Positions 30,912 through 39,787 of a stretch of DNA of 64,000 nt are shown in pieces (the first letter of the stretch is position 1; every line of letters begins with the position of its first letter). The DNA lies in contig CAWJIE010000005.1 of the NCBI GenBank assembly GCA_963842885.1, positions 64,001 through 128,000 of the forward strand, read 5' to 3'. The translations under genes were made by a program, and so were the position numbers. The notes below the pieces were generated by a model, which worked only from the letters and a program-made list of their open reading frames with translations, had not been told where the DNA came from and did not search any database. The stretch comes from an uncultured Nitrososphaerota archaeon (lineage in GTDB: Archaea > Thermoproteota > Nitrososphaeria > Conexivisphaerales > DTJL01).

Positions 30912-32141
30912 TTAGAACCCTATCGGCATGGGTTGGATGCCGTTCGTTGTGTCCAATATGAAGATGTGGTAATACCCCCCCACAGTCGCTGCAAATGCGA
31001 GATATATGCTGTCGGGGCTCCAAGACGGCTCGGTCGAATTGGCGTTTATAGGCCCCAACTGGTTGGCGGCCCAGGAGGTGACGTCCCATAGGAAGAGAGA
31101 CGTTCCGACGGCCTGGTTCTGTGCTATGTATGCTACGATGCTGCCGTTGGGGCTCCAGGCCAAGCTTTGGCTAGGGTCTATGGTTCCCGGCGTATATGGC
31201 GCGTCGAAGTAGGTGCGGACGTCGACGGCTATGGGCTCGGGTCCGTACTGGAACGTGGCGTTGGTGCCGTCAAGCCCGCTCACCCACAGATTGAAGTCCC
31301 CCGGGCTGTAGGTGCCGTAGTAATGCCTACCTGGGTGCTGGTTCTCAGGGACCAAGTCAGAGATATAGACAAGTCTCGAAGTGCTGAGCGATACCAAGGG
31401 CGCGGTGTAGTTCGCGTCGCCGCCCAGGACTACGCTCGAAGTTCCACTATTCAGGTCGTAGCTGAGGACTTCGTAGCTGCCCGCCGACTCGGTGGAATAA
31501 TAGATTTCATTCGGAGAGACCCAGGTCGCAGAGGAGTCATTTCCCTCCACCGCAGCGATTACTCTTACAGCCAAGGTCCTGGTGCTCACCGATACCAACT
31601 CAACGTTGCCCGCTGACATGTAGAAGAGCAGCTGCGTCCCGTCAGGGCTCCACTTTGGTTGCGTTTGAAGGACCGAATAGTTCCCCGAAGTCACGGTTGT
31701 GATGCTGGAGTTGGAAACAAAGACTATCCTTATGTCAGTTCGTGAGCCCACCTGGCTCCAGAAGGCCACACGAGATGAATCGGGGCTCCATGAAGGATCT
31801 GTCGCCGCCATGTTCGATGGCGTGAGCGCCTTCTCCCATGAGGCATCGAGCGCCATCGCCCATACCTGCCAGCCTCCGTTACGGTCCGAAACGAAAGCTA
31901 TCGTGCTTCCGTCAGGGCTCCAGACTGGAGACTTGTCGTTCCAAGCGCCGGAGGTGATGGCTACATACGCTACTTCGCCAACCAACGCGGCGGGAGGCGG
32001 AAGGCGAACGACGATTGCGGCCGGGACAATAAGGACGCACGCCGCAATGGCAAGGGCGACCAGAGCGCGAATGCTCTTCCTTCTCGAACTGGTCGCCGGT
32101 CGGCTACCAGACGTGGCTAACTTCAAACCCCCTGGAGGCAA
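30912..32141 (-). CDS. TolB-like (PD40) beta-propeller protein, copy 2
   Basis: TSGAWNDKSPVWSPDG..IAFVSDRNGGW, paralogous to 25459-26601. Confidence 0.85.
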   Translation of the reverse strand: MPPGGLKLATSGSRPATSSRRKSIRALVALAIAACVLIVPAAIVVRLPPPAALVGEVAYVAITSGAWNDKSPVWSPDGSTIAFVSDRNGGWQVWAMALDASWEKALTPSNMAATDPSWSPDSSRVAFWSQVGSRTDIRIVFVSNSSITTVTSGNYSVLQTQPKWSPDGTQLLFYMSAGNVELVSVSTRTLAVRVIAAVEGNDSSATWVSPNEIYYSTESAGSYEVLSYDLNSGTSSVVLGGDANYTAPLVSLSTSRLVYISDLVPENQHPGRHYYGTYSPGDFNLWVSGLDGTNATFQYGPEPIAVDVRTYFDAPYTPGTIDPSQSLAWSPNGSIVAYIAQNQAVGTSLFLWDVTSWAANQLGPINANSTEPSWSPDSIYLAFAATVGGYYHIFILDTTNGIQPMPIGF

Positions 32142-32201
32142 AAGAAGGCCACCAAAGGCCTCGCTCAGGGAAACCTGTTACGACCATCATGTCCAGCGGC
32201 A

Positions 32202-32567
32202 TCAACCTGTTCTCTGGGCCTGGAGGTCTGGGCTCCGTCCGTTGACACGCGACGGTGCACTGCCGAGAAGCTTGCCCACGCTGGCCTCGGACGCCTTGTA
32301 GAAGGCCCATTTCCCGCGCTTCGTCTTGGTTATCAAGCCAGCCCTCTCAAGGATGGAAAGATGATGGGAGGCCGTCGGCTGGGTCAGACCCAGAGCCACA
32401 ATGATCTCGCACTCACACATCTCCCTCGTCAGGAGCAGGTACACCATCTTGAGGCGCAACTCCTCCGACAGGGCGTTGAACACTTCGGCTCTGTGCTTCA
32501 GGTCCACCTCGCCCGAGGCGCGAGAAGCCAGGTCTGTTAGCTCAGTCCGATACTTCCTGGAGTTCAC
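32202..32567 (-). CDS. arsR: ArsR/SmtB transcriptional regulator with As(III)-type Cys motif
   Basis: F.ALS...RL, EMCECE, QPTASHHL..L..AGL, RGKW. Confidence 0.88.
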   Translation of the reverse strand: MNSRKYRTELTDLASRASGEVDLKHRAEVFNALSEELRLKMVYLLLTREMCECEIIVALGLTQPTASHHLSILERAGLITKTKRGKWAFYKASEASVGKLLGSAPSRVNGRSPDLQAQRTG

Positions 32568-32680
32568 CGCTTCACATCTACCGGACTGGACCAGCCGGGC
32601 GAGGCTCGATTCAACGCCAGGACTCGCCCGCACCTGTGAGGATTGCCGCTTCACACCAGTGAAGATTGTCGTAACCAGAA

Positions 32681-32699
32681 ATTTAAATATTCTGATATG
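32681..32699 (-). promoter_or_regulatory. putative ArsR operator/TATA upstream of arsR
   Basis: Reverse complement CATATCAGAATATTTAAAT matches 29579-29597. Confidence 0.6.
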
Positions 32700-32951
32700 A
32701 TTCCCTGTCCCGTCTTGCGCGTCGCAGCCGCTCCCGCGAATCCATCTGCTGGTGGCCCCGAAAAACATTCAGGTGGCGGAAGGATGGGTCGACTTTCTGC
32801 GCGGCTCTCGTCATTCCGTATTGGAGGACATGAAGATCAGCTGGCCTGCCGGTGGGTTCTGCCACGTATTCATCATCGACCCGACCGGCATGGCATCATC
32901 CGTCCTCTGCCGGCTGGTTCGAGGGATTGTTAGTGGTATGATGTGTAGGTC

Positions 32952-34355
32952 ATGTCTGTCTTGCCGGGGAGGGGTGGCGTGAAGTCCCGCTTGTCCCATC
33001 TGCTGTCGTCCTCCGACGTCGAAGGCGAAACTCAAGATGACCCCAATCCCTTCATGCACCTCAAGCCGTTGGTGCTCCTGACAGTCCTATGGGAGTTCCT
33101 GCTGGTCCTTGCGGCTTCACTCTTCTCGCCACCGATGGGGGAGATTGCAAGCGCCTTCGGCGTTTCCACATCCCTGATGGTCAACTTTCCAATCCTGGAC
33201 AGCCTCTTCTTCCATTCTCTCGCTATGCCCCTAGCGGCCGTCCTTATGCTTGTCACGCTGGGCGCCTTCGGGATACATGGGAGGATAAGGAGCTTCGTCA
33301 TGTACGCCGGCACATTCGGCTGCATCCTGACATCTGGATCGATGGCCTACATCCTGCTGTCGGGCGGAGATACACTGTCATACCTCCTCATGTACGCGGG
33401 GATGGCCCTCGGTGCTGGCGCAGCAGTGTCCCTCCTGTTGGCCCTGTGGCCTCATCGCGCTCCCGACGTTCCGATGAAGCTGGCGGGGCGGAGCCTGGCC
33501 GGATTGACAATGTGGGTCACCGTCGCAGCAGCCTTGGTCGCCGTCACCCTGGGCTCCTACGCCGCTTTGGGGAATGCACAATGGAATCCATCGACTACCA
33601 TCGGACTGATGCCCGGGCTACAAGCGGCACATGAGAACCTGGTGATAACCGTCGTCGGGGCGGCCATCGTCGTGCTGGCGGCCAAATGGTTCAAGGCTGA
33701 GGAGTACACCGGGACTCCAGGCCTGTTCGCAAAGGTGGGTCTCTACGGCACGTTGGTCGGGATCCCCATTGTGGTCGCCTCCATGCTGGTCGCCGCCCCC
33801 ACGGCCACCGGCCCCACAGGCGATCTGACGATATTTTCAGGCATCCTTCTCCAAGCTTCCCTTTTCATCATGTTCGCCGTGATGTATGAAGAGGCCCGGC
33901 GCCTCCATGTCAGGGGGCCTCTGGGCGTCCTCCGTGAATCACTCACCTTCGGCATGCTCTTCGTCCTCTTCTGGGTGAACATCGCCGTCACCCTCCCCGG
34001 CATCTATGTGGCGGTGAACCTCGCGCGTTTCAACGGCCAGGTCTTGGGCGGCTACTATCAACAGGTGTTCGCGATAGGCCATGAACATGCCCTGGTCACG
34101 CTCATGGCCATCTCCCTGATGATGCTGGTGGCTTTGATGTTCGGAGTGAAGGGAGTCGTTGGGGCCCTAGCTGGCGTGACCATGACCGTGGGCTACGTCG
34201 TATGCACTACGGCGAACGTGTTCTACATCTTCTTCCTCATGCCCAACGGCCCGACCTTTATATCCTACATGAGCGACGGCATCGCGCTCATGTTCGTCGG
34301 CGTCCTGCTGGCCTTGATGGGCATCACCATTTCGCGACGTCCGCCGGCAGGATAA
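32952..34355 (+). CDS. polytopic membrane protein with conserved His motifs, copy 2
   Basis: About 12 hydrophobic segments; FFHSLAMPLA, AAHENL, GHEHALVTL. Confidence 0.85.
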   Translation: MSVLPGRGGVKSRLSHLLSSSDVEGETQDDPNPFMHLKPLVLLTVLWEFLLVLAASLFSPPMGEIASAFGVSTSLMVNFPILDSLFFHSLAMPLAAVLMLVTLGAFGIHGRIRSFVMYAGTFGCILTSGSMAYILLSGGDTLSYLLMYAGMALGAGAAVSLLLALWPHRAPDVPMKLAGRSLAGLTMWVTVAAALVAVTLGSYAALGNAQWNPSTTIGLMPGLQAAHENLVITVVGAAIVVLAAKWFKAEEYTGTPGLFAKVGLYGTLVGIPIVVASMLVAAPTATGPTGDLTIFSGILLQASLFIMFAVMYEEARRLHVRGPLGVLRESLTFGMLFVLFWVNIAVTLPGIYVAVNLARFNGQVLGGYYQQVFAIGHEHALVTLMAISLMMLVALMFGVKGVVGALAGVTMTVGYVVCTTANVFYIFFLMPNGPTFISYMSDGIALMFVGVLLALMGITISRRPPAG

Positions 34356-34420
34356 GAACCAAGTCCGACGCCGATTGAGGACTTGGCCGTTGGGAGCGGT
34401 GGGGCCTCTACCCCCTTGCC

Positions 34421-34594
34421 CATGATACTCTTGGATATCCATTGCTGCTGAAGAAGACATCAATAACATCAACCTGACCGACGATGACGGCTTTCGCTTA
34501 ATGCCTGTTGTCTCCACAAACTCACTGGGGAAGAGCCCCTTGCGGCTCTAAGGCTTGGAGGCGAGGTGTTCATACCGAACCGGGTTCAAGCCCC
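34421..34594 (+). repeat. ~170-nt non-coding repeat, full copy B
   Basis: Aligns with 28728-28896, with small indels that do not preserve a reading frame. Confidence 0.85.
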
Positions 34595-34780
34595 GTTTGT
34601 CTGACCTGGAGTGATTCGTGGTCTCTGGTTAATCATAGCCACCAGGAATCGGATTCCCGCAAACTAACTGGGAGGGCACGTTGAAGGGTTCGCAAGACTC
34701 ATCTGCGGTTGCTGAAGACCATGAAACAAGCTTCGATTGATAGCACAAGAGAAGCATAGTACGGTTTAACCAAAGTGAGA

Positions 34781-34800
34781 TAGCCCGGGAAGGAATCGAA
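34781..34800 (-). mobile_element. att-like duplication of the tRNA-Gln 3' end
   Basis: tagcccgggaaggaatcgaa is 19/20 identical to 47821-47840. Confidence 0.8.
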
Positions 34801-35080
34801 ACAAGAAGCTCGATTATGCTGTGTCTATCCCGACGTCCAGTGAGTATCAACAGGCAGTGGACTGAACTATCTGGGTAGAGAGGCTTGCCTTGCTCGGTCG
34901 TGCAGCGTCGCGGCTATGGGCAACAGAAGCGCGAACGCCCCCCCGCCATGAAGAAGACACTCCTGATGCCCACCACCTGCGTTAGGAACCCGCGAAGCCG
35001 TCTAACGTCCTGGTTCTGACCAAATTCCCCGTCGAAGCGGAGAAACAGTCAAAGGTGGCTGTGGCGTAGGCAAAGGCATC

Positions 35081-35494
35081 GTGAGGACCGTGGAAGCGAC
35101 GGTGAAAGACGGCAAAAGGAAGGCGGAAGAGGAGCTTTACAGGCTTCAGGCTGAGTTCTGCAAGGGGATGGCACACCCGAAGAGGGTTCTGATCCTCGAC
35201 ATGTTGAAGGAAGGTGAGAGGACCGTGAACGAGTTGGCCGAGATGACGAATATCCCTCAGGCCAACCTGTCACAGCACCTGAGCCTCCTGCGACGGCTGG
35301 GCCTGCTGGAGACGCGCAGAAGCGGGGTGAACATCTATTACAGCATCGCCGACAAGAGGATCGTTGAGGCCTGCTCGCTCGTCCGGGAGGCCATAGGCGA
35401 GAGGCTGCGCAAGGACAGGCGGATGCTTGAGGCCACCAGCTTGGGCGTCAAAGGTCGAAGTGAGAGAGCTGCTCACTCTGAGAAGCGTTCGTGA
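35081..35494 (+). CDS. ArsR/SmtB family regulator (BigR/SqrR-like)
   Basis: AEFCKGMAHPKR..IL, QANLSQHL, YSI....VEAC. Confidence 0.88.
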   Translation: MRTVEATVKDGKRKAEEELYRLQAEFCKGMAHPKRVLILDMLKEGERTVNELAEMTNIPQANLSQHLSLLRRLGLLETRRSGVNIYYSIADKRIVEACSLVREAIGERLRKDRRMLEATSLGVKGRSERAAHSEKRS

Positions 35495-35649
35495 TAGTGC
35501 TCCGCAGGCATCAGCGAACCGAAGGCCCTCTGCACCACTTCGCTCAGCGACGGGTGTATGTGCATGGCGTCGTTTATCGGTTCGAAGCCGCCGTCGCCCG
35601 TGTTCATCGCGGAGCCCGTGCCGATGACGACAAGGTCATACTGTTTCAT
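35473..35649 (-). pseudogene. internally deleted dihydrolipoyl dehydrogenase-family flavoprotein (N- and C-termini fused in frame)
   Basis: MKQYDLVVIGTGSAMN joined directly to TGDGGFEPINDAMHIHPSLSEVVQRAF...; 58 aa. Confidence 0.8.
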
Positions 35650-35832
35650 CTCAGACTAGGAACCTTGCAAGCTATCAGAAAAGGTTTGTCGGGGAGATCC
35701 GAAGTGTCGTGGAGGCCACCTTCAGCTCACAAGTGGGACTTGACAAATCTAGAATTCAAAGGTCTGACAGTCGCTTGGCATTATTGATCTTTGGCCCCGC
35801 CCCGACGAGCGAAATGCCAGCCGGCAGTCCTA

Positions 35833-37263
35833 TCACTTGGGACCGACGATGATGGGGGTAGGCTTCCTCCTCTTTAGGACGAAGAACGCCGCGCCCGCCA
35901 CGGCAACCACGGCGACGACGACAGCACCGCCTACCAAGGCAGTAGTCGAAGAGGAGGGAGGAGGCACGAAGGTCACCTGGACGGACTCGCTGCTGATACT
36001 GCCAGAGGTGGCGGAAACGCTCACGGTCGTGGACGAGGTGATCGACCCAGAGAGGGTCAGGGTGGATGTGGCCTGGCCGTTGGAGGCCGTCGTGACCGTT
36101 GATGGTGACAGGACGCCAGGGCCAGATGCCGTGAGGGTGATGTTGACGCCGGCCATGGGGGTGCCGTTCTGGTCAAGGGCCGTCACCGTTACGGTGGAGC
36201 CCGATGACGAAGAAGTGCGAGTCACAGTCGTAGGGCTGGCGGAGACCTTTAGAGAGGCAAGCGCCGGCGGAGGAGGCCCTGTCGATATGACAGACACGGT
36301 GCCCGAATAATAGTTGGCGACGTAGAGGCAGCCGTTGGCGGGGTCGTAGGCTATCCCATACGGCTCAACGCCCACGGTTATCGCGCCCCCCATTACCGCG
36401 TTCGTGGTCCCGTTGATGACCGACACGGTGCTTGAACCAAGGTTGATGACGTAGAGGTAACCGTTTGCGAGGTCGTAGGCTATGCCAATCGGCCCAGAGC
36501 CCACCGTTATGGGGCTCCCCACCACCGCGTTCGTGGTCCCGTTGATGACCGACACGGTGTTTGGACCGAAGTTGGCGACGTAGAGGTAACCGTTGGCGGG
36601 GTCGTAGGCTATAGCAGCCGGATAGGTGCTCACTGTTATGGCTCCCGCCACGGAGTTTGTGGCTCCATCGATGAATGACACGGTGCCTGAGCCCACGTTG
36701 GCGACATAGAGGTAGCCGTTGGAGGGGTCGAAGGCTATTCCAACCGGATAAGTGCCCACCGCTATGGTGTCCACACCCGTGTTCGTGGCCCCGTCGATGA
36801 CCGACGTTGTGTTTGAACCATAGTTGGTGACGTAGAGGTAGCCGTTGGCGGGGTCGTAGGCTATCCCAGCCGGCGCAACGCCCACCGTTATCGCGCCCCC
36901 CACTACCGCGTTCGTGGAGCCGTCGATGACCGAAGTTGTGTTCGAACCGAAGTTGGCGACATAGAGGTAGCCGTTGGAGGGGTCGAAGGCTATCCCAATC
37001 GGCTCAACACCCACCGTTATGGGGCTCCCCACCACCGCGTTCGTGGTCCCGTTGACGACAGACACGGTGCCTGAACCAAAGTTGGTGACGTAGAGGTAGC
37101 CGTTGGCGGGGTCGTAGGCTACATCATGCGGTTGAGTGCCAACAGTTATGGTGCCCACTAAGGCGCCCACTGCTCCCCCCGCCCATGCCGGACTTGAGAC
37201 AATAGAACAAGCGGCGATTACGAAAGCCGCAATGACGAGTGCCGCCATCACTTGCTGGTTCAT
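35833..37263 (-). CDS. YVTN/YncE beta-propeller surface protein with Ig-like domain and C-terminal TM anchor
   Basis: Seven ~43-aa repeats (IAYDPANGYLYV.N.GS.TVSVI), Ser/Thr-rich Ig-like region, TM followed by KRRK. Confidence 0.9.
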   Translation of the reverse strand: MNQQVMAALVIAAFVIAACSIVSSPAWAGGAVGALVGTITVGTQPHDVAYDPANGYLYVTNFGSGTVSVVNGTTNAVVGSPITVGVEPIGIAFDPSNGYLYVANFGSNTTSVIDGSTNAVVGGAITVGVAPAGIAYDPANGYLYVTNYGSNTTSVIDGATNTGVDTIAVGTYPVGIAFDPSNGYLYVANVGSGTVSFIDGATNSVAGAITVSTYPAAIAYDPANGYLYVANFGPNTVSVINGTTNAVVGSPITVGSGPIGIAYDLANGYLYVINLGSSTVSVINGTTNAVMGGAITVGVEPYGIAYDPANGCLYVANYYSGTVSVISTGPPPPALASLKVSASPTTVTRTSSSSGSTVTVTALDQNGTPMAGVNITLTASGPGVLSPSTVTTASNGQATSTLTLSGSITSSTTVSVSATSGSISSESVQVTFVPPPSSSTTALVGGAVVVAVVAVAGAAFFVLKRRKPTPIIVGPK

Positions 37264-37544
37264 AGATACCGCAGCCAAGACTGCCACATTGGCTGAAGTG
37301 ATAAGGATTTGCTCTCTGAATCGTTCTCTCTGGCCGGGATAGGAACTCACAATGGTATGCTCAAACCGGACTCGGCTGACGTCCAAGTCTGCGTTCGATG
37401 AGCCTGTCATCTAGGGGCCTGCCGCTTCGGCTCTGGTTGATGGGGCTTCCCAATAGTGCAGTTGCGTCGAGCCGCGTCGGTGAGGACCCGGCAGCCCTCC
37501 TTCTCTCCGCCACCGTTAATAGCTCCCTCCGGTCATGAAGGGTT

Positions 37545-38258
37545 GTGACCAAGCAGTCGGAGAGGAAGATCGTCGTAGCAAGGAACGGCCCCTTCACAGT
37601 CTCAGGGAACGTCCCGCTCGCCATATGGAGCATTATCCCCGGCAGGGACGGGATTTCGTGGGAATGGAAGGAGGGGAGGTCGTTTGACACCGAAGAGGAG
37701 TACGACCTCTGCCGGTGCGGCGGCTCGAAGGAGAAGCCCTTCTGCGACGGCACCCACGCCAAGATCAAGTTCAACGGGAAGGAGACGGCCAGCCGGCTCC
37801 CCTTCGCCGACCAGGCGAGAATCTTCGACGGGCCGACACTGACCCTGAGCGACGCGGAGGAGCTCTGCGCCCTAGCCCGCTTCTGCGACGCGAAAGGGGG
37901 GATCTGGAGGCTGACCAAAAAGACCGACGACCCGAAGGCCCGCGACCTCGTCATCCGCGAGGCGAACTACTGCCCGGCGGGCCGGCTGGTCGTGCAAGAC
38001 AGGAAGACCGGGAAGGAGATCGAGGAGGCGCTCCCTCCCTCCATTGGCGTGATCGAGGACCCGGGGCTCAGCTTCAGCGGCCCCCTGTGGGTACGCGGCG
38101 GGATAAGGATCGAGTCCGATGATGGAAAGCCCTACGAGGTGCGGAACCGGGTGACGCTCTGCCGCTGCGGGGCCTCCATGAACAAGCCCCTTTGCGACCG
38201 CGCCCACGTGGACATCGAGTTCCGGGACGGGCTCGTCGAATTCGAGGAAACTAAGTAG
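37545..38258 (+). CDS. CDGSH iron-sulfur domain protein
   Basis: LCRCGGS.EKPFCDGTH, central C..ARFC..CPAGRL, second LCRCG.S.NKPLCD.AH. Confidence 0.92.
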   Translation: MTKQSERKIVVARNGPFTVSGNVPLAIWSIIPGRDGISWEWKEGRSFDTEEEYDLCRCGGSKEKPFCDGTHAKIKFNGKETASRLPFADQARIFDGPTLTLSDAEELCALARFCDAKGGIWRLTKKTDDPKARDLVIREANYCPAGRLVVQDRKTGKEIEEALPPSIGVIEDPGLSFSGPLWVRGGIRIESDDGKPYEVRNRVTLCRCGASMNKPLCDRAHVDIEFRDGLVEFEETK

Positions 38259-38333
38259 GATGAAAAAAGAAGGGCGTCCCCTCCACTTCCTCCTGTCCAG
38301 ATTTGGGCCCGGCCGACGCGAGATGAAGCATTC

Positions 38334-38359
38334 GTAGCCTCGGCAGGATTCGAACCCTC
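38334..38359 (-). mobile_element. att-like duplication of the tRNA-Gln 3' end
   Basis: gtagcctcggcaggattcgaaccctc is 23/26 identical to 47820-47845. Confidence 0.8.
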
Positions 38360-38707
38360 CGTTTTGCTTGATATCGCGACCAAAATCGGGGTTCACCGAA
38401 GCCCGTAGGCTCCCCACAGGGTGCTGTCTTGCAACCCAAGTTCCGCGCTGGACTCAAGATCGGTGCACCGAGCATGCCGAGCTCGTCTCCGATGCAGTTC
38501 TGCAGAAATGCATTACTGCAGACAAGACGTCCTGAGCAGGCTTCTCCAGTCGGTGGCACCATGGGTCTTCAGGGTGCGAATGTACCTTGATCGTCTTATG
38601 ACACCTGCCATAACAGCCTCAGGATGCGAGTATTAATCCGAAGCATCTCGTCCGACTTCAAACCCCCCGCACCACGACTCAACCGTACGATTCAAGACAA
38701 GAAGTGC

Positions 38708-39787
38708 TTACTCCGCAGATCGGAACAGGACGATCTCATGTAGGGCTGTTCCCTTTTCCTTGTTGGTAATCCCGTTGCGAGTCACGCCTATCTCGAAATC
38801 TGATTCGAGCCTGAAATATCCCGGTCGTAGACGCAACAAATGTTTTGCGATGAGCCTGAGCGGCATACTGAAGTTCTCAAGCATATCCTGACCCTCAAGG
38901 ACCTTTCTCACATCGAGGCCTATCTCAAGCTCGTTCGGGACCGAGATTGTGATCCTCCTAGGATAGCTGTGCTTGGCCTTCTGGTTATACTCAAAGTTCT
39001 CCTTTCCGAATTCGAACTCCCCTGTGCTGAGCATTACCTCTCTCCCGTCGGCCATCATCAAGACCTTGACCGCATGGTTACCCACCTTGTCATTGCACTG
39101 AATGAAAGCATAGGATACGGTGTAATGCTGCGAATAGATCCGTCCCCACATCCAATAGTCGATGATGCTCTGGAAGGGGAAATCTAACCAGTTGTGATCG
39201 TGATAGCCGACGCCCTTGACCTGCAAAACACGATCCCCATCGGCGATCGTTCCTTCGACCGAAGCTCTCGCAAAGGGGACCACCCAGGCAAAAGTGCCCA
39301 TCTTCCCGAACTGGGAAACACCAGTTCCAGGTTTCCAGCCGTTCACCTCGGCCTTAAAAATCAGATGGCAACCTAGGTCCTGTTCCTTTATATGGACCTC
39401 GTAGATAGGCAGTTCTCCGGGTGATTGTCTGGCCTTCAGATAGTTCTCTCCGATCTTGACGTCCGCCCCAGCACGGGAAGCGGTGAAGTCCGATTTGCTG
39501 CATGGCACGAACCTTTGGGTCTTCCTACCGTCTGGTCTGAGGAGGACGATCTCGATACCAGGCTTTCCTCCTGCGCCCGGGTTGGGGTTCGCTGCGTAGA
39601 AGAATATCACGATCGTGTGGCCAGTTTCCATATGCGCGTCAAAGTACCACCACTCATACATCCCTTTCTTGTGCATGTCGATATGGATGCCATCTTCTTC
39701 AGGCACGAGCGGTATTACGGTAGCATCACGTCTGCCAGGTCCGGTCCATCCTTCTTTGACCAAAGGTTCATTCATGTTATCAACCAC
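38708..39787 (-). CDS. CrtC/AttH-like lipocalin-fold protein (hydroxyneurosporene synthase-like)
   Basis: YEWWYFDA, G.GYHDHNW and W.WGR motifs. Confidence 0.75.
   Translation of the reverse strand: MVDNMNEPLVKEGWTGPGRRDATVIPLVPEEDGIHIDMHKKGMYEWWYFDAHMETGHTIVIFFYAANPNPGAGGKPGIEIVLLRPDGRKTQRFVPCSKSDFTASRAGADVKIGENYLKARQSPGELPIYEVHIKEQDLGCHLIFKAEVNGWKPGTGVSQFGKMGTFAWVVPFARASVEGTIADGDRVLQVKGVGYHDHNWLDFPFQSIIDYWMWGRIYSQHYTVSYAFIQCNDKVGNHAVKVLMMADGREVMLSTGEFEFGKENFEYNQKAKHSYPRRITISVPNELEIGLDVRKVLEGQDMLENFSMPLRLIAKHLLRLRPGYFRLESDFEIGVTRNGITNKEKGTALHEIVLFRSAE

Noticed and set aside
38132-38383. SSV-type split integrase fragment reading through att (EGSNP)
   Set aside because: The frame continues antisense to the CDGSH gene with no R-H-R-Y integrase motifs.
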